Below, in pieces: positions 37,754-49,400 of a stretch of DNA of 64,000 nucleotides. Under the pieces are notes generated by a model. The model did no database searches and had not been told where the DNA came from. It saw nothing but the letters and a program-made list of their open reading frames with translations. A program made the translations under genes and the position numbers. The first letter of the stretch is position 1; every line of letters starts with the position of its first letter. This stretch comes from an uncultured virus (IMG/VR IMGVR_UViG_3300025870_000001) (Duplodnaviria; Heunggongvirae; Uroviricota; Caudoviricetes): IMG/VR virus record IMGVR_UViG_3300025870_000001; one strand, given 5' to 3'.

Positions 37754-40700
37754 CTAACTCGCCAATGCAATCACTCTAAAATCTTTTACTTTTGGTACAA
37801 TAGAAGAATTATTTGTTTTCAAAACAATTTTGATAGAAACGGATGTAAATTCTGACAATCCTCTCAAATCAAAATCAAACTCTTTATAATCTTCTGGGCC
37901 GGTTGAAGCAATGTTATATGCAGCAGGACGACTCATTAATGTATATGAAAGTTTAGAAAATAATTGATCTTCTGATGTTTTCACTCTATAATAAAAGTCA
38001 ACATTGCATCCATCCTGTCTATTCACTGATGCTAATACTCTCAGAGATGTTGCTGGTTGGTCTAAAGTGACTTCTCTTGTCATATATTTAGTCGCAACAG
38101 AACCACCAGCTGCAGAAGTTTCATCAACAAATCCAGTATTAACATGTCCAATAACTCCATCTGCTACATTAGCAGGACTGTTAGTTTGATTTGATATCAG
38201 GATTGCACTCATACGCTGTGTGTCGATGATGGGAGATAAATTGTCAACCTCTGTTCTCATTCCTACTCTAAATACCAAAGATTTCTTATCTATAGGCGAA
38301 GACTCTGTATTGAATTCGTTTTCATTAAAGTATGTTGCAACCATCTTTGGAGATGTCAATTCATAATTTGTATTTGGAATAAATCCAGAATAAATTGGAT
38401 CTTTTATGCCAGGAACCTGAGTAGAATCTTGTGATGTTCCGCTCAATCCTCTCATACTGAATGTCATCGAAGTTTTTGGCAATTCAATATTTTGTATAAT
38501 CGGTTTGATTAGATCATACTTAAAGTTTGAAGAGACAGTTGGACTCGATGCAGTGTTAGACTTCGGAGTAAATAAGTCATCCGTAGTTGGCAAGACACTG
38601 CCATTATATGCAACTTGAGATGTAGAACTGCCAATTGGATAAAAAGGATTTCTCAAATCAATTGTAAAACTGTTATATGTCGTGTCTGTGACCAAATGCG
38701 TTCCGTTGAATGATTCTGATGGAAATACTCCATAGGTTCCAAAGAAATTTTTCAAAGTAACATAATTATAGCCATTGGATTGCCAAAATTTAGTTGCAAC
38801 CATCCCGCCGCTATCTGATATAGAAAATGTTACTTTTGTGTCTCCATTGAAAACTTTTAAAGAGTTTCTATTGAGCTTTTCTGCCCATAGATCATTTCCA
38901 TTATCATCTCTTTCATTATTTTGTAGATAGATTTCTGCTTGAGTATTCGTATCAAACTTTGCTCGCGAAACTCTAAACTTCAAATCTTCCATTTGATCGG
39001 CAGTCCATGTAGATGCGTTCTGAGACTTAAAGAAGACGCCCGCATATGGCTGTTGTGATATCTTACCACTACCATCTAGAGAATCCTCTCCCATTCTTGC
39101 TACATGACATCTATATCCCTGTGTATCTGCCATAATTACGATACAATATTCTGTCTCATCTTGTACATATATCGGCGATGGGAAAACAAAAGATGTTGGA
39201 AGAGTACCATCATCAGAAACCGCAGCGTTTTCTGGATATACAATAGATTGTCCTAGTATTTTAGGGCCAGGATAACCATTAACAGTCTGTCTCAATTGAA
39301 CTGTTACTGGTTTTGTGGCATCTTTAGTTGAGAAAAATAATTCAACTGCAGTGATAAAACATCCACCATCCTGATTAATCATGATAGTTTGTGCAAGAGG
39401 ATCATACCATCCGCCGGCCGTAACTGTCGTGTTTATACTAGTATCTGTAATGGCTTCAGAATCACTAACCTCTCTGGTAGAGAAGTCTGGAAGTCTAGTG
39501 AGAATAATTTGATCTGCAACTGTTTCGATTGTACCCGATGCAACATAAGTTGTCTGTGCTTCAGTATCAGTGTCCTGTGAATTATTAGGCTGGTCAGACA
39601 TCTTAAAGATTCTTTCACCAGTTTTGAATTTCATGTTGTCTGAATTTGGAATAGAGAAAATACCAGAAACAAATCCAGAGGAGTCTGAAATTATAGAATT
39701 GCTTCCAGACACAATTCCTGAAGCTTTCCACGTTCCAATATTTCTACTTTTTTCACCAGTTCCCTGATCTGGATCTGGATACACAATAAATATAGTTTCT
39801 CCTTCAGAAAAACCAAGAGAATCTGCGTTTGATTGTAAATGTAAGCGCAAACTTGTAGCAGCAAGATAATTTATATCATAAATTCTTGCCTCAGTATTAG
39901 TTGTTCCGCCACGTATAATTACCTGCCCTAGATTATCTCTAACCAGACTTGGATTTTCTCTTCTCCAAGTCGCAGTAACAGCTGGAGTGTCGGTAGTAGT
40001 AAGTTTTACAGTCGTTTTACAAAAATCAGAAACATTTACTCCATCAAAATATTGATATAGTTTTGTATTTGGTTTTAATTTTTCTCCGCTGAAATATACA
40101 TCTCTGGCTCTAATAAATGGTATAATTTCTGTGCTTACAGTCCTAGTTCCAACACTCTCTCGATCATCTCGCATAGAAACTAGTTGCTCTGTACCAGTTC
40201 TAGTTTTTTGTCCTGTCAAAGTAGTTGTAGTGATTGTTGTAGTTTCTTGTCTTACCAAACCAGCAGAGGCAACAATTGGAGTAAAAATACTTGCAGTGGC
40301 ATTGCTTCTATTTGCTCTTCTAGTAGAAGCTGTAGAAGAATCGTCACGGCCTGTCCAATTTTCTTCCCAACCATTCCACATGGTTCCCATCACACCATCT
40401 TGTGGCAAAAGAGCTCCAAATATATTATCATATTGTTCTCTTCTATCTGTAACAATATCTGGTGCCTGTTTTGTTTCTTTCCATTCGTCGGTTGAAGGGA
40501 ACATAGAAATGCTTCCTCTAAATGTGAAGATTGCAAATGGATTAACATTTACTGTTTTAGAAGATTTTTCTTGAGTAATCAAATATTCGCTAGTATATGG
40601 CAAATGGATTTTTTGTTCTTTGATAGCATAACCACTAGAACTTCTTGCATCTAATGTCATATTTACTAATTTTTCTGAGAAAAATGGACGCAGAACACCT

Positions 40701-43700
40701 TCAGTTTTACTGATTGAAACTTTGTAATCTGGATCAAATACGTTACCAACTGTATGGTCTACAAATCTATCTACAATAAATCCATTTTTAAATCTATCAT
40801 TTCCATTTTCATCTTTTACTGCTAAATCCATGGTATCTTTTTCTAGCATGTTCAGAGATGTATAGTATTCTAGATTTTCAATTCTTTTTTCTAACTTACC
40901 GATATCCCGCATTGTATATCGTTTATTGTCGCGCATCTTAGTTGCAATTGCTTTAGGCCCGACAGTATATGGATCAGATTCTAATTCATATAATACCATA
41001 CCCTCTGATGGATCTTCTGGCATAGATGGATTTTCTGCTGGAGAACCATATTTCAATCTAACTCTTCCAAGCTTGTCCATGAATAGTTTATCTTTTCTTG
41101 CAAGGTAAACTCTGAGATCAGCACTCACTGCAGTACCATCAATTGGATAATCCGTTGCTGAGGAAACCATACCTCTTCCAAATGGATATCCTGTAGTTTG
41201 TACATAGCTGGCAACAGGGCGGAAATCTAAGACATCTGAAAGTCTCTCAGAACCATAATATCCAATACTTGCATATCCATCAACATATGAGTCTACAGAT
41301 GCATAATCTCCAACTCCATGGTTATAATATGAATATATTGCTATCGGTCTACCACCACAAGGAAGACTTCCTGGCTTCAGATCCAATTCTCCCAATTGAA
41401 TGATAGATGGTTTTTGTCCATCGAATAGATCATATCTGTCTGTGATATCATTAAGTTTGACAGGAACTTCTGTAGGATTTGTTATAAGATTTCCATTAGT
41501 CCAAGCATTAATAATTTCTGTATTAAATGGATTTTCAATTCCATCAACAACAAGTAATACTGCTAATTCTGTAAGAGAAGTTGTTACAGAGTTGTCTAAA
41601 TTTACATTAAATGGAGATTGTCCAGTTTGTTCATAAAATTCATAGGCCTTGAATGCAAAATCAAAATCTGCTGTAGTCATTTCATGAATAAATTTTTTGT
41701 TGTCTGAGACAACTCCAGTTCTATATGCAACATTATTTACATTACATGTGTCATATAATTTTATTAATTCTCTAACATCTGCGTTCTGTAGTTGCAAATT
41801 CGACAAACTCATACTAACATCACCACTTGCACCAACCGCAAAACTAGGATTGACAGTTCCTGTAGATGTGCTACTATTGATTCCCAACACATCTGCTTCA
41901 TAGGAACTAGTCGTATCGTTAACGGCACCAACAGTGTTGTCGTAATTTGCAGAATTGATAGCAGAGCCTTCAATTCCAACAAGACTTAATGGCAATTCGA
42001 TGTAATTTTTTACTAGAGTTTTTGTTTTTTCTTTTGCATTAGTCTTTTTCATGGGAACTAATGCAGTAAATCCAGAAGTAATAGCACCAGTACCTGTCAC
42101 ATCAAAAGAAACCGTTCTCAAGTCTGCAGAAAACGCTAGGTTTTGTATATATCCAACAAGTCCAGAAGTATCGCTTGAATTAGCACTAGAAAATATGTTA
42201 TATAGTGATGGAATATTTTCAAAATATGTATCTGCCTCTGTGGCAATTAGAGTGACAGTACCAGCAGGAAATGAAACTGAATTGAATTGCTTCATCACAG
42301 AATATTGAGTGTCAATTGATGAAACACCTGTCAATTCATTTATGTTTCTTGCAGTCCGTACCCATTTTTTTCCAGTATCAACTAAACTAGATCCGCTAGT
42401 GTTATGTAAAACAGATTTACTAAAAATTCTGGCAAGGACATTTCCAGTATCGGCCGTTTGAGAATTATTCCATGAAGCTGCATTTGTAGTTGACGTATCT
42501 GTAGAAGGTATTGCCTCGCTGACTAGTTCATTTGTTGTAAATGAGGCAGATGGTAATACTCCAGTACCTTCTGCTCCGGCAGTAATATTTCCAGAGTTTA
42601 AAGGTTTTATCAGCATGGTATTGGTTATATTATTATGGTAATAATTAATACCTCTAAAGTTTACATTATATCTATCAAATATTAAACTTTTAGGAGTAAA
42701 TCCACCCTGCACTTCAGTCAAATCTAATTGTGTCAGAATATTTCCAGCATTTTCATATATGTCAGAACTAGAGTTGGAGACTGTTGTTTCGCTTACAATA
42801 GACCTTGCGTCGATCATTGTGTATGGTTGGGTTGTTCTAGGATTTAATTCATATTCAATGTCATATAGATATACTTTATAAATCGCAGATTCTTTTGATT
42901 GCTCAATATCATCTGTTGGTCTATAATTAGATTGTAGATAGTTATTCAATCTTGCGCTATTAGAAGACTCTGAAAAATATTCTACAGCCTTTACTTTTGC
43001 TGTTGCAATCACATCAACACCATAAATATTTGTTCCTAGAGTGGTTCCCCCACCTTGAAAAAATATAGAAGTTGGATCATATGTTATTGTGTGAAGATAG
43101 TTCGATTCGCCAGAATCTATATTAGAATCTATATTAATAAATTGAGAAGTTCCACTTTGCGACGAATGCACATTTACAAGATTGACAGATTCGTCAATTT
43201 TAAATAAACCTTTAGTATCTGTAACATATATAAATGAACCCAAATTTACTGGCATATACTTATTATTGATTTGATAATTACTTCTAGATTTATCAAATAT
43301 TACATACTTAGATTGATTTGAAGATGGTTTTCTTTCAATTTCATATCCTCTTACATATGCCTTACCAGCTTCAACCCCTACTGCTAGTTTATCTCTAATC
43401 GCATCTAAAAGATTTTCGTGCGTCTGGCCAGGATAGTATAACAATCCAGTATTGTCTAAATTTTGATCTGCATATGTCGTTAAATCTATAGTAGAAATTG
43501 TATGGGCCTGTCCGTCACCATCAACAACCATTCCTAAATCATCTGGAAAATTTTGTAATGCAAAATCTTTTGCAGCAACCTCAGTTTCAAAAACTAAATC
43601 CGACATCGTATATACGCCGCCGTTATTATTTTCACTGAAATATTCTCTGATATCTAATTTAAATGGACGAACTGTATAATCACCAGATTCGTCATATGTT

Positions 43701-44695
43701 CTTCTAGCTAACGTTTTCATCAATACAGAATAATCTGTAGAAGAAACATAGTTGCTAACAAATCCATTTCTAACTGCAATCAATTCAACAAAATTTGTAG
43801 TATCAATTGCGTCATAATCTCTCTTAGCAAGAGTTAATTGAACCTTGTATCTATCAGCGCCAGGAGAATTATAATTAGTTGTTCCTAATGAATTATCTAG
43901 AAGACTTGGGTCGTCATTATAATTAACAACAGATTCCGATATTTCTAGGCCAATTTTATATGATGGTGTGTTTGAATATTTGTCAAGAATTAAACTCTGA
44001 GATGCAACTCTTACCAAATTTCCATTGATGTAGTACACACCCTCTTCGATAAATGCTTGCGATCCAATTCCGATTGGATTTTGTACAGTTGAAGATGTTT
44101 GAACTGTACAAACTAAATTCACCCCATCGGTTGTTGTTGCAACAAGTTCTTCTCCCTCAACGAAAGTAGAAGTCTGTCCTTCAGAAATTGTTACAGTTTC
44201 TCCATTTACGGTAAATGATGCTGTACCGCCATCTAGTATGTTTACTGTCGTTCCATCACTAAATGTTGTAGAACCAGATGTTGTACCATCCAAATACTTT
44301 AAGTATAATGTTGTAAACTCGTCATTGTCGCCGTCGATTACATCATCATTATTCAAATCAACTTCATCGGAGTAATTGACAACCAATGCGCGTATGCCTG
44401 TGCTCTTACCCTGTACTATCTTTCCCACGAAACCATTGGCAGTAGAAAGTGTTCCGTTAAGAGAAACTTTGACATAATTTGCCTTTAAGTCCAACGCGGC
44501 CTGGCCAGGAATTACCATTGCTCCTTCTTTGAAGAAATGGTCTGATAAATTTGATATTTGCCCCTGCAAAATACTTTGCAGTTGGGTCATCTCTCTTGCC
44601 TGAACAGAATTGCCGGGCTTGAATAGTATTTTTAGATAACCCTTATTTACGTCAAAATCATCAAAATAGGGGGTGACATTAAGATTTAAGGCCAT
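37754..44695 (-). CDS. VrlC-like / DUF4815 large baseplate-associated structural protein (2313 aa)
   Basis: NLNVTPYFDDFD...ILFKPGNSVQAREMTQLQSILQ; SPGADRYK; LARRTYDESGDY; RYTMRDIGKLEKRIENLEYYTSL; DPLAQT; FFKSQNASTWTADQMEDLKF; PKVKDFRVIAL. Confidence 0.9.
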   Translation of the reverse strand: MALNLNVTPYFDDFDVNKGYLKILFKPGNSVQAREMTQLQSILQGQISNLSDHFFKEGAMVIPGQAALDLKANYVKVSLNGTLSTANGFVGKIVQGKSTGIRALVVNYSDEVDLNNDDVIDGDNDEFTTLYLKYLDGTTSGSTTFSDGTTVNILDGGTASFTVNGETVTISEGQTSTFVEGEELVATTTDGVNLVCTVQTSSTVQNPIGIGSQAFIEEGVYYINGNLVRVASQSLILDKYSNTPSYKIGLEISESVVNYNDDPSLLDNSLGTTNYNSPGADRYKVQLTLAKRDYDAIDTTNFVELIAVRNGFVSNYVSSTDYSVLMKTLARRTYDESGDYTVRPFKLDIREYFSENNNGGVYTMSDLVFETEVAAKDFALQNFPDDLGMVVDGDGQAHTISTIDLTTYADQNLDNTGLLYYPGQTHENLLDAIRDKLAVGVEAGKAYVRGYEIERKPSSNQSKYVIFDKSRSNYQINNKYMPVNLGSFIYVTDTKGLFKIDESVNLVNVHSSQSGTSQFINIDSNIDSGESNYLHTITYDPTSIFFQGGGTTLGTNIYGVDVIATAKVKAVEYFSESSNSARLNNYLQSNYRPTDDIEQSKESAIYKVYLYDIEYELNPRTTQPYTMIDARSIVSETTVSNSSSDIYENAGNILTQLDLTEVQGGFTPKSLIFDRYNVNFRGINYYHNNITNTMLIKPLNSGNITAGAEGTGVLPSASFTTNELVSEAIPSTDTSTTNAASWNNSQTADTGNVLARIFSKSVLHNTSGSSLVDTGKKWVRTARNINELTGVSSIDTQYSVMKQFNSVSFPAGTVTLIATEADTYFENIPSLYNIFSSANSSDTSGLVGYIQNLAFSADLRTVSFDVTGTGAITSGFTALVPMKKTNAKEKTKTLVKNYIELPLSLVGIEGSAINSANYDNTVGAVNDTTSSYEADVLGINSSTSTGTVNPSFAVGASGDVSMSLSNLQLQNADVRELIKLYDTCNVNNVAYRTGVVSDNKKFIHEMTTADFDFAFKAYEFYEQTGQSPFNVNLDNSVTTSLTELAVLLVVDGIENPFNTEIINAWTNGNLITNPTEVPVKLNDITDRYDLFDGQKPSIIQLGELDLKPGSLPCGGRPIAIYSYYNHGVGDYASVDSYVDGYASIGYYGSERLSDVLDFRPVASYVQTTGYPFGRGMVSSATDYPIDGTAVSADLRVYLARKDKLFMDKLGRVRLKYGSPAENPSMPEDPSEGMVLYELESDPYTVGPKAIATKMRDNKRYTMRDIGKLEKRIENLEYYTSLNMLEKDTMDLAVKDENGNDRFKNGFIVDRFVDHTVGNVFDPDYKVSISKTEGVLRPFFSEKLVNMTLDARSSSGYAIKEQKIHLPYTSEYLITQEKSSKTVNVNPFAIFTFRGSISMFPSTDEWKETKQAPDIVTDRREQYDNIFGALLPQDGVMGTMWNGWEENWTGRDDSSTASTRRANRSNATASIFTPIVASAGLVRQETTTITTTTLTGQKTRTGTEQLVSMRDDRESVGTRTVSTEIIPFIRARDVYFSGEKLKPNTKLYQYFDGVNVSDFCKTTVKLTTTDTPAVTATWRRENPSLVRDNLGQVIIRGGTTNTEARIYDINYLAATSLRLHLQSNADSLGFSEGETIFIVYPDPDQGTGEKSRNIGTWKASGIVSGSNSIISDSSGFVSGIFSIPNSDNMKFKTGERIFKMSDQPNNSQDTDTEAQTTYVASGTIETVADQIILTRLPDFSTREVSDSEAITDTSINTTVTAGGWYDPLAQTIMINQDGGCFITAVELFFSTKDATKPVTVQLRQTVNGYPGPKILGQSIVYPENAAVSDDGTLPTSFVFPSPIYVQDETEYCIVIMADTQGYRCHVARMGEDSLDGSGKISQQPYAGVFFKSQNASTWTADQMEDLKFRVSRAKFDTNTQAEIYLQNNERDDNGNDLWAEKLNRNSLKVFNGDTKVTFSISDSGGMVATKFWQSNGYNYVTLKNFFGTYGVFPSESFNGTHLVTDTTYNSFTIDLRNPFYPIGSSTSQVAYNGSVLPTTDDLFTPKSNTASSPTVSSNFKYDLIKPIIQNIELPKTSMTFSMRGLSGTSQDSTQVPGIKDPIYSGFIPNTNYELTSPKMVATYFNENEFNTESSPIDKKSLVFRVGMRTEVDNLSPIIDTQRMSAILISNQTNSPANVADGVIGHVNTGFVDETSAAGGSVATKYMTREVTLDQPATSLRVLASVNRQDGCNVDFYYRVKTSEDQLFSKLSYTLMSRPAAYNIASTGPEDYKEFDFDLRGLSEFTSVSIKIVLKTNNSSIVPKVKDFRVIALAS

Positions 44696-44716
44696 ATTTT
44701 CTTTCTCTCAATTTAA

Positions 44717-46387
44717 TTAAAATTCAAAGACAACTTTGATATCTTCGATCTGGTCGATTGCTCTAGCCACTGGCTGTCTGTTTTCTGTATAAAGTACTTT
44801 GCCAGAACCAGTCAAAATATCAAATGGTTCTTCATCAGCAGTTCCAAAATCTGGGTGTTTTGGTCCTCTGTAAGATTCTTCCGTTGCCGGTGGATTATCA
44901 GACGTTGCCTCTTGAGGATCTGCCACAATTGCGATTTGTCTGAACTGTGCCTCATCACCAGAAACAGGGAATATAACTTTAGTTTCAGAATTTCCTAAAC
45001 TATTATCTCTGGTTGATTGTTCGTCATACTCCAATCGCATGGAAACCATAACATAATATCCAGCTAATTCTTCTATTGCATTGTACCCATGACCATAATC
45101 TGGAGAAATAATCGGTTTTACTTTACATGCATTCACATTTTGATTTCCATTACCATCCACTGCAGGCACATTAGATGTATCAATCTCGGCAGAATCTACT
45201 GCACTCCAGTTTGCACCTTTAGCAGTAATTACCATACTAGAAATTTTATCAATAGTAACAATACCATATGCTGTAAACCCTGCACCATTTCCAGCAACTG
45301 AAACGCCAGGCGCGATGATGAGGTTTCTATCAGCACCACCAGTAAAGGTGCCGTTGACTGTCACTGCAGCTGTGGTTCCTGTGACGTTCCACTGTGTGAT
45401 TTCAAACTGTTCATTATTTCCCAAATCGATTATAAAATATTTTGTATAATCAAGAGATGTATTAGATATATTAGGAATAGATAAAGTATTTCCTGTTAAT
45501 GCTATTCCAGTTTTATTAATATTCGGGTGATATCCAGACCCCCCAGATACAGCACCACCCACTTCATTTGGTTCGATTTTGATCCACTCAATTTCGCCAT
45601 CTATGCCGGCAGCATTTTGTTGAATTTGCCACTGCACATATTCTGCACTAGAAACATCCACTGGCTCATATAAAATCGTATCAACTGGAATATAATCTTT
45701 TGTTAAAAACTTTAATGCATCCGACAGTTCAATTGAATACATGTACTTCCAAACATACCCATCAGAAGTTTCTTGAAATTCAGTAGTAGATGTTGAAGTA
45801 GGTTTGACAGTAGATGCGACCGTTTGCACACCTACAGCATCATCTACATATGCTCTGTTATTAATACATTTATACACATTATATTGATTTCCAGAATCTG
45901 TTACAACATAATTGTTTGGAATGATTTCTTCTGGGGAATCATGTTCGAACATAGTATAAACTCTACCAGAAGTCCAATTAATTCTTGGAATTGCAAGAGT
46001 CATATCTGCATAGTTTACTTTTTTCATAGCGATAGTATCTGCGTTCACACTATAACCATAGCCAATAGAATCTTGTGGAGTTGGTGGATTTGCATCATTA
46101 GTCCATGGAGTATGTTTTGCAACTGACATGTACAGATTATTGTACACCGCCAGTCCTTGATGTATCCATGTAACTGTGCCATCAGTCAATGAAGATGGCG
46201 TTGGGCCGGTTCCAGTTGCCGCTGATGTGCCTGTAGCCACTGCGACAAAGAGATTTCTATTGTTTACAACCGAATCGCCAGCACTATATGATTGGTTAGT
46301 ATTCCAAACTGGGGCCGAACGATTTATTGATTGCAAAAATTCTTGAGCGTTAAAAATTCTCAATTTATTTGTGATAATTGCTGCCAT
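44717..46387 (-). CDS. gp8: Baseplate wedge protein gp8
   Basis: MAAIITNKLRIFNAQEF; IPRINWTSG; YNVYKCINN; DGYVWKYMY; FLTKDYIPV; GKVLYTENRQPVARAIDQIEDIKVVFEF. Confidence 0.92.
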   Translation of the reverse strand: MAAIITNKLRIFNAQEFLQSINRSAPVWNTNQSYSAGDSVVNNRNLFVAVATGTSAATGTGPTPSSLTDGTVTWIHQGLAVYNNLYMSVAKHTPWTNDANPPTPQDSIGYGYSVNADTIAMKKVNYADMTLAIPRINWTSGRVYTMFEHDSPEEIIPNNYVVTDSGNQYNVYKCINNRAYVDDAVGVQTVASTVKPTSTSTTEFQETSDGYVWKYMYSIELSDALKFLTKDYIPVDTILYEPVDVSSAEYVQWQIQQNAAGIDGEIEWIKIEPNEVGGAVSGGSGYHPNINKTGIALTGNTLSIPNISNTSLDYTKYFIIDLGNNEQFEITQWNVTGTTAAVTVNGTFTGGADRNLIIAPGVSVAGNGAGFTAYGIVTIDKISSMVITAKGANWSAVDSAEIDTSNVPAVDGNGNQNVNACKVKPIISPDYGHGYNAIEELAGYYVMVSMRLEYDEQSTRDNSLGNSETKVIFPVSGDEAQFRQIAIVADPQEATSDNPPATEESYRGPKHPDFGTADEEPFDILTGSGKVLYTENRQPVARAIDQIEDIKVVFEF

Positions 46388-46420
46388 GTTTTTACCTTTT
46401 GAATCTTTGTAAGTTTGTAC

Positions 46421-46428
46421 TATTTATA
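46421..46428 (-). promoter_or_regulatory. T4-type late promoter TATAAATA
   Basis: Exact consensus, intergenic, upstream of gp8. Confidence 0.8.
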
Positions 46429-46434
46429 ATCTTT

Positions 46435-49400
46435 TTAATCGACTAAAGTAGAACTTATTATAATATTTAATTCCTCTATACTAGAAGGAGATGAATTGTA
46501 TGTTACAATATTGGATTCTGATGCAAAATTAGATTTATCATGTAGTCCGCCAGGAACTGCATACTTCCCAAAAGTATTTAAATATAGTTCATTTTCGTCA
46601 AAATCTATTCTGTCAACATTATAATCCAACATCTGCACCTTTTCATTAAACTTTGCCCTTTCAACTGATAAGTTAGTTGGGCCCATTCTCTTTCTTGTAC
46701 TAGAATTTGGTTCTTCTTCACTCATGACCAAATAAACAGGATTTAAATCTACATGTGCATCTAATACTGCTCTGTATTTTCTATCCGATTTTTCAGTTAT
46801 TTCTGCTATTCTAGTATTCGTCCATTTATGATCTGTTCCATCCGTATTCGCAATCCATTCATCATCACCATCTACTTCTACTGGCAAGAAATACCACATA
46901 TTATATTGTGTTGGTCTTCTTGCAACATGTGTCAAAGTAGTACCTTGTATCAATTTTCTTCTATTTAGCCACGGAGATGTATACATTTCTGCCTGTGGAC
47001 TGAACAAATATGGAGAAAGGTTTTGCCAAGGAAAAGATGCAGTAAAGTAAAACTTAAATCTTTCTAGAGAACGGTAAGTTGTGTGTAGAGTTGGAACATC
47101 TCCTTCTTTATTATTGTTATATCTTCCAGAAATATTTATGATCATTTTTTCATCTCTTGGATTGGCACCATCTGCTGTGGAACCTATCCAATGATTTGGT
47201 TGTCTATCAACATTTCCTCTAAATATATTATCCCATCTGAACTCCACTCTATTTTCTGGAGATAGATTTGGCATAGTCTTATAATGACGCAAGTATTTAA
47301 CGCTAAGAATTGCATATCTATCTTCAGCATCATCATCAAATTCTACAGAAGTAACTTCATATTTACCCCAAGGCCGAGTATTCAACCATTCATCACTTGT
47401 AATATTTGCATCTGAAGTATCATATACAGTAAAGTTATTTCCAATGATTTCAGATTCATAATAATTTGCATTATCAGTGCCGAAAGCATCTTTATAATTC
47501 AATGCAATTTTTTCCACTAAATTCCAATCTAGGGCATCTGCATTTGAGCTATCTAAAAGTGCATATCTACCCGAACCAGTATCAACAGATGCTGCCCCAA
47601 TAGTATCATCGGATATTTCGCCAGTACCAACACCGGCATATAATCCATCAATCATACTATCGATTGTTGGTTGTCTATTGTCATATGTAACTCGTATTCC
47701 ATGCGAATTTAAATTGTTTGTATCTTGAACATCAGAGTGTCCATAAGTCCATCTTCCCAAACCATCCATATTTTTGACTTTAAGATTAATATTTTTAATA
47801 ATCTCATAAATCAACTGACTCCATGCAGAGTTTGTAGTTCTTCTCAGGCCTGCCGTAGTGGTTATAGAATATTCACCAAACATCATCATACCAGCTGGGT
47901 GTAGAACCTTTTTAACTATTTTTCGCCACTCATCAATATATCTTCCAACTTTTATAACATAAGAATAGTCTTGCCATAGATAACTATCCGTAATTCTATT
48001 ATTATCGGATAAGAACCCTTGATCGTTTATATATGCACCCTCTCTTACACAAAGAGGGCCTGTCTTGACTGTTACTTGTGCATCTCCATTACCTATGCTT
48101 GAAAGGTCTATTGTGGGTGCTGTGTCATATCCTACTCCAAAGCCATCATATTCATCTTGGATATCACTTTCAAATATCTTTACCTTACTAATTCCACCAA
48201 TAGAACTTCCCATACCTTTGAAAAATGCTCCATCGCCTTGTGAGGAATAACTTAGAGTTTTATTCCTCACATAACCATATGGTTGTCTAATATAATTAGC
48301 ACCTTTGCTTATAAGTCTTGTTCCAGAAACTCCAGCAGGAGGCCGCGCAGAATATTTAACTCTTAACGAATGGCCATCTGGTAAGTTGTATGTAGAATAT
48401 ATTCCAGTAGCATCAGCATGACGCAGTGAAATTTTATTACCAGCAGCTGCGTTTGTGTTGTCGTATATAATATATTCAACATCATCTTCAATATTAGAAT
48501 ACGAAGAAACTTTTACTATATCACCTTCAGATAGTCCACTATTAAAAATTATCTGCTCACCGTCTGTTGCAGTAAAGTTTGTATTTGATACATCATTAAC
48601 TAATATATTGACTTGGAGTGATGCATCATATTCAAGGGCGAATATGGTCTGGCCCTGATCTGCTGTAAAAGTATTTTGCTGTTGTGTAGAGTTTCTTATA
48701 GTTCTATAACTAGGAACAGGATTTACATGAATAGGATTTAATCCGTTGCCACTTATTGGATTTTCTGTACCCCTATCTTCAACTAAGATATCTCCATCTA
48801 CATTTATTGGTTGTTCTTCATATCTCTGCCCTGAGGTAAACCTCATACTACCAAAGAAACCTAACGTATAATCGAACATAATATAATCTGCACTCACCTC
48901 TTGTCTTGCACCAACATAAAAGTTAGTTCCAGATGAGTATTGCAACATATTAACACTTGAAATTGTATCTTCTTTTTTGCCATCTACATATAGTGTAGTG
49001 CTGGCATTTGAGAAATGAATAGCAATATGATGCCATTTTCCAAATTCCAATTGAGCAGAAGTTAATTGATTGCCACCACCATCTTCCAATAATAATGTTC
49101 CATCTGGTCTTTGCCAAAGGATTGATTTTTGTTCGCCAGTATTTTCAACATTAAAAGAGAATAAAGTTCCGCCAGGAGATGAAAGATCAGTAACCGATAT
49201 AGATTTTCTAAAATACCAAAAGTCTAATGTCAATTCTCCAGAAGTTAATTTTTCGTCCAGTACTGCATCAATATCATTAGTTCTCGTATAGCCAAAATTA
49301 GTGAATAGTGCGTTATCGCCTACTTTAGATAATCCGGCTACAAAATTATCTTTAATCCACTGATATCCCAATCTTTGTCCAGAAATAGTTAGAGTTTGAC

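Noticed and set aside
37754..44695. 'Virulence-associated' VrlC as a toxin or virulence factor
   Set aside because: VrlC/DUF4815 proteins are routine structural genes after gp8 in marine T4-like phages.
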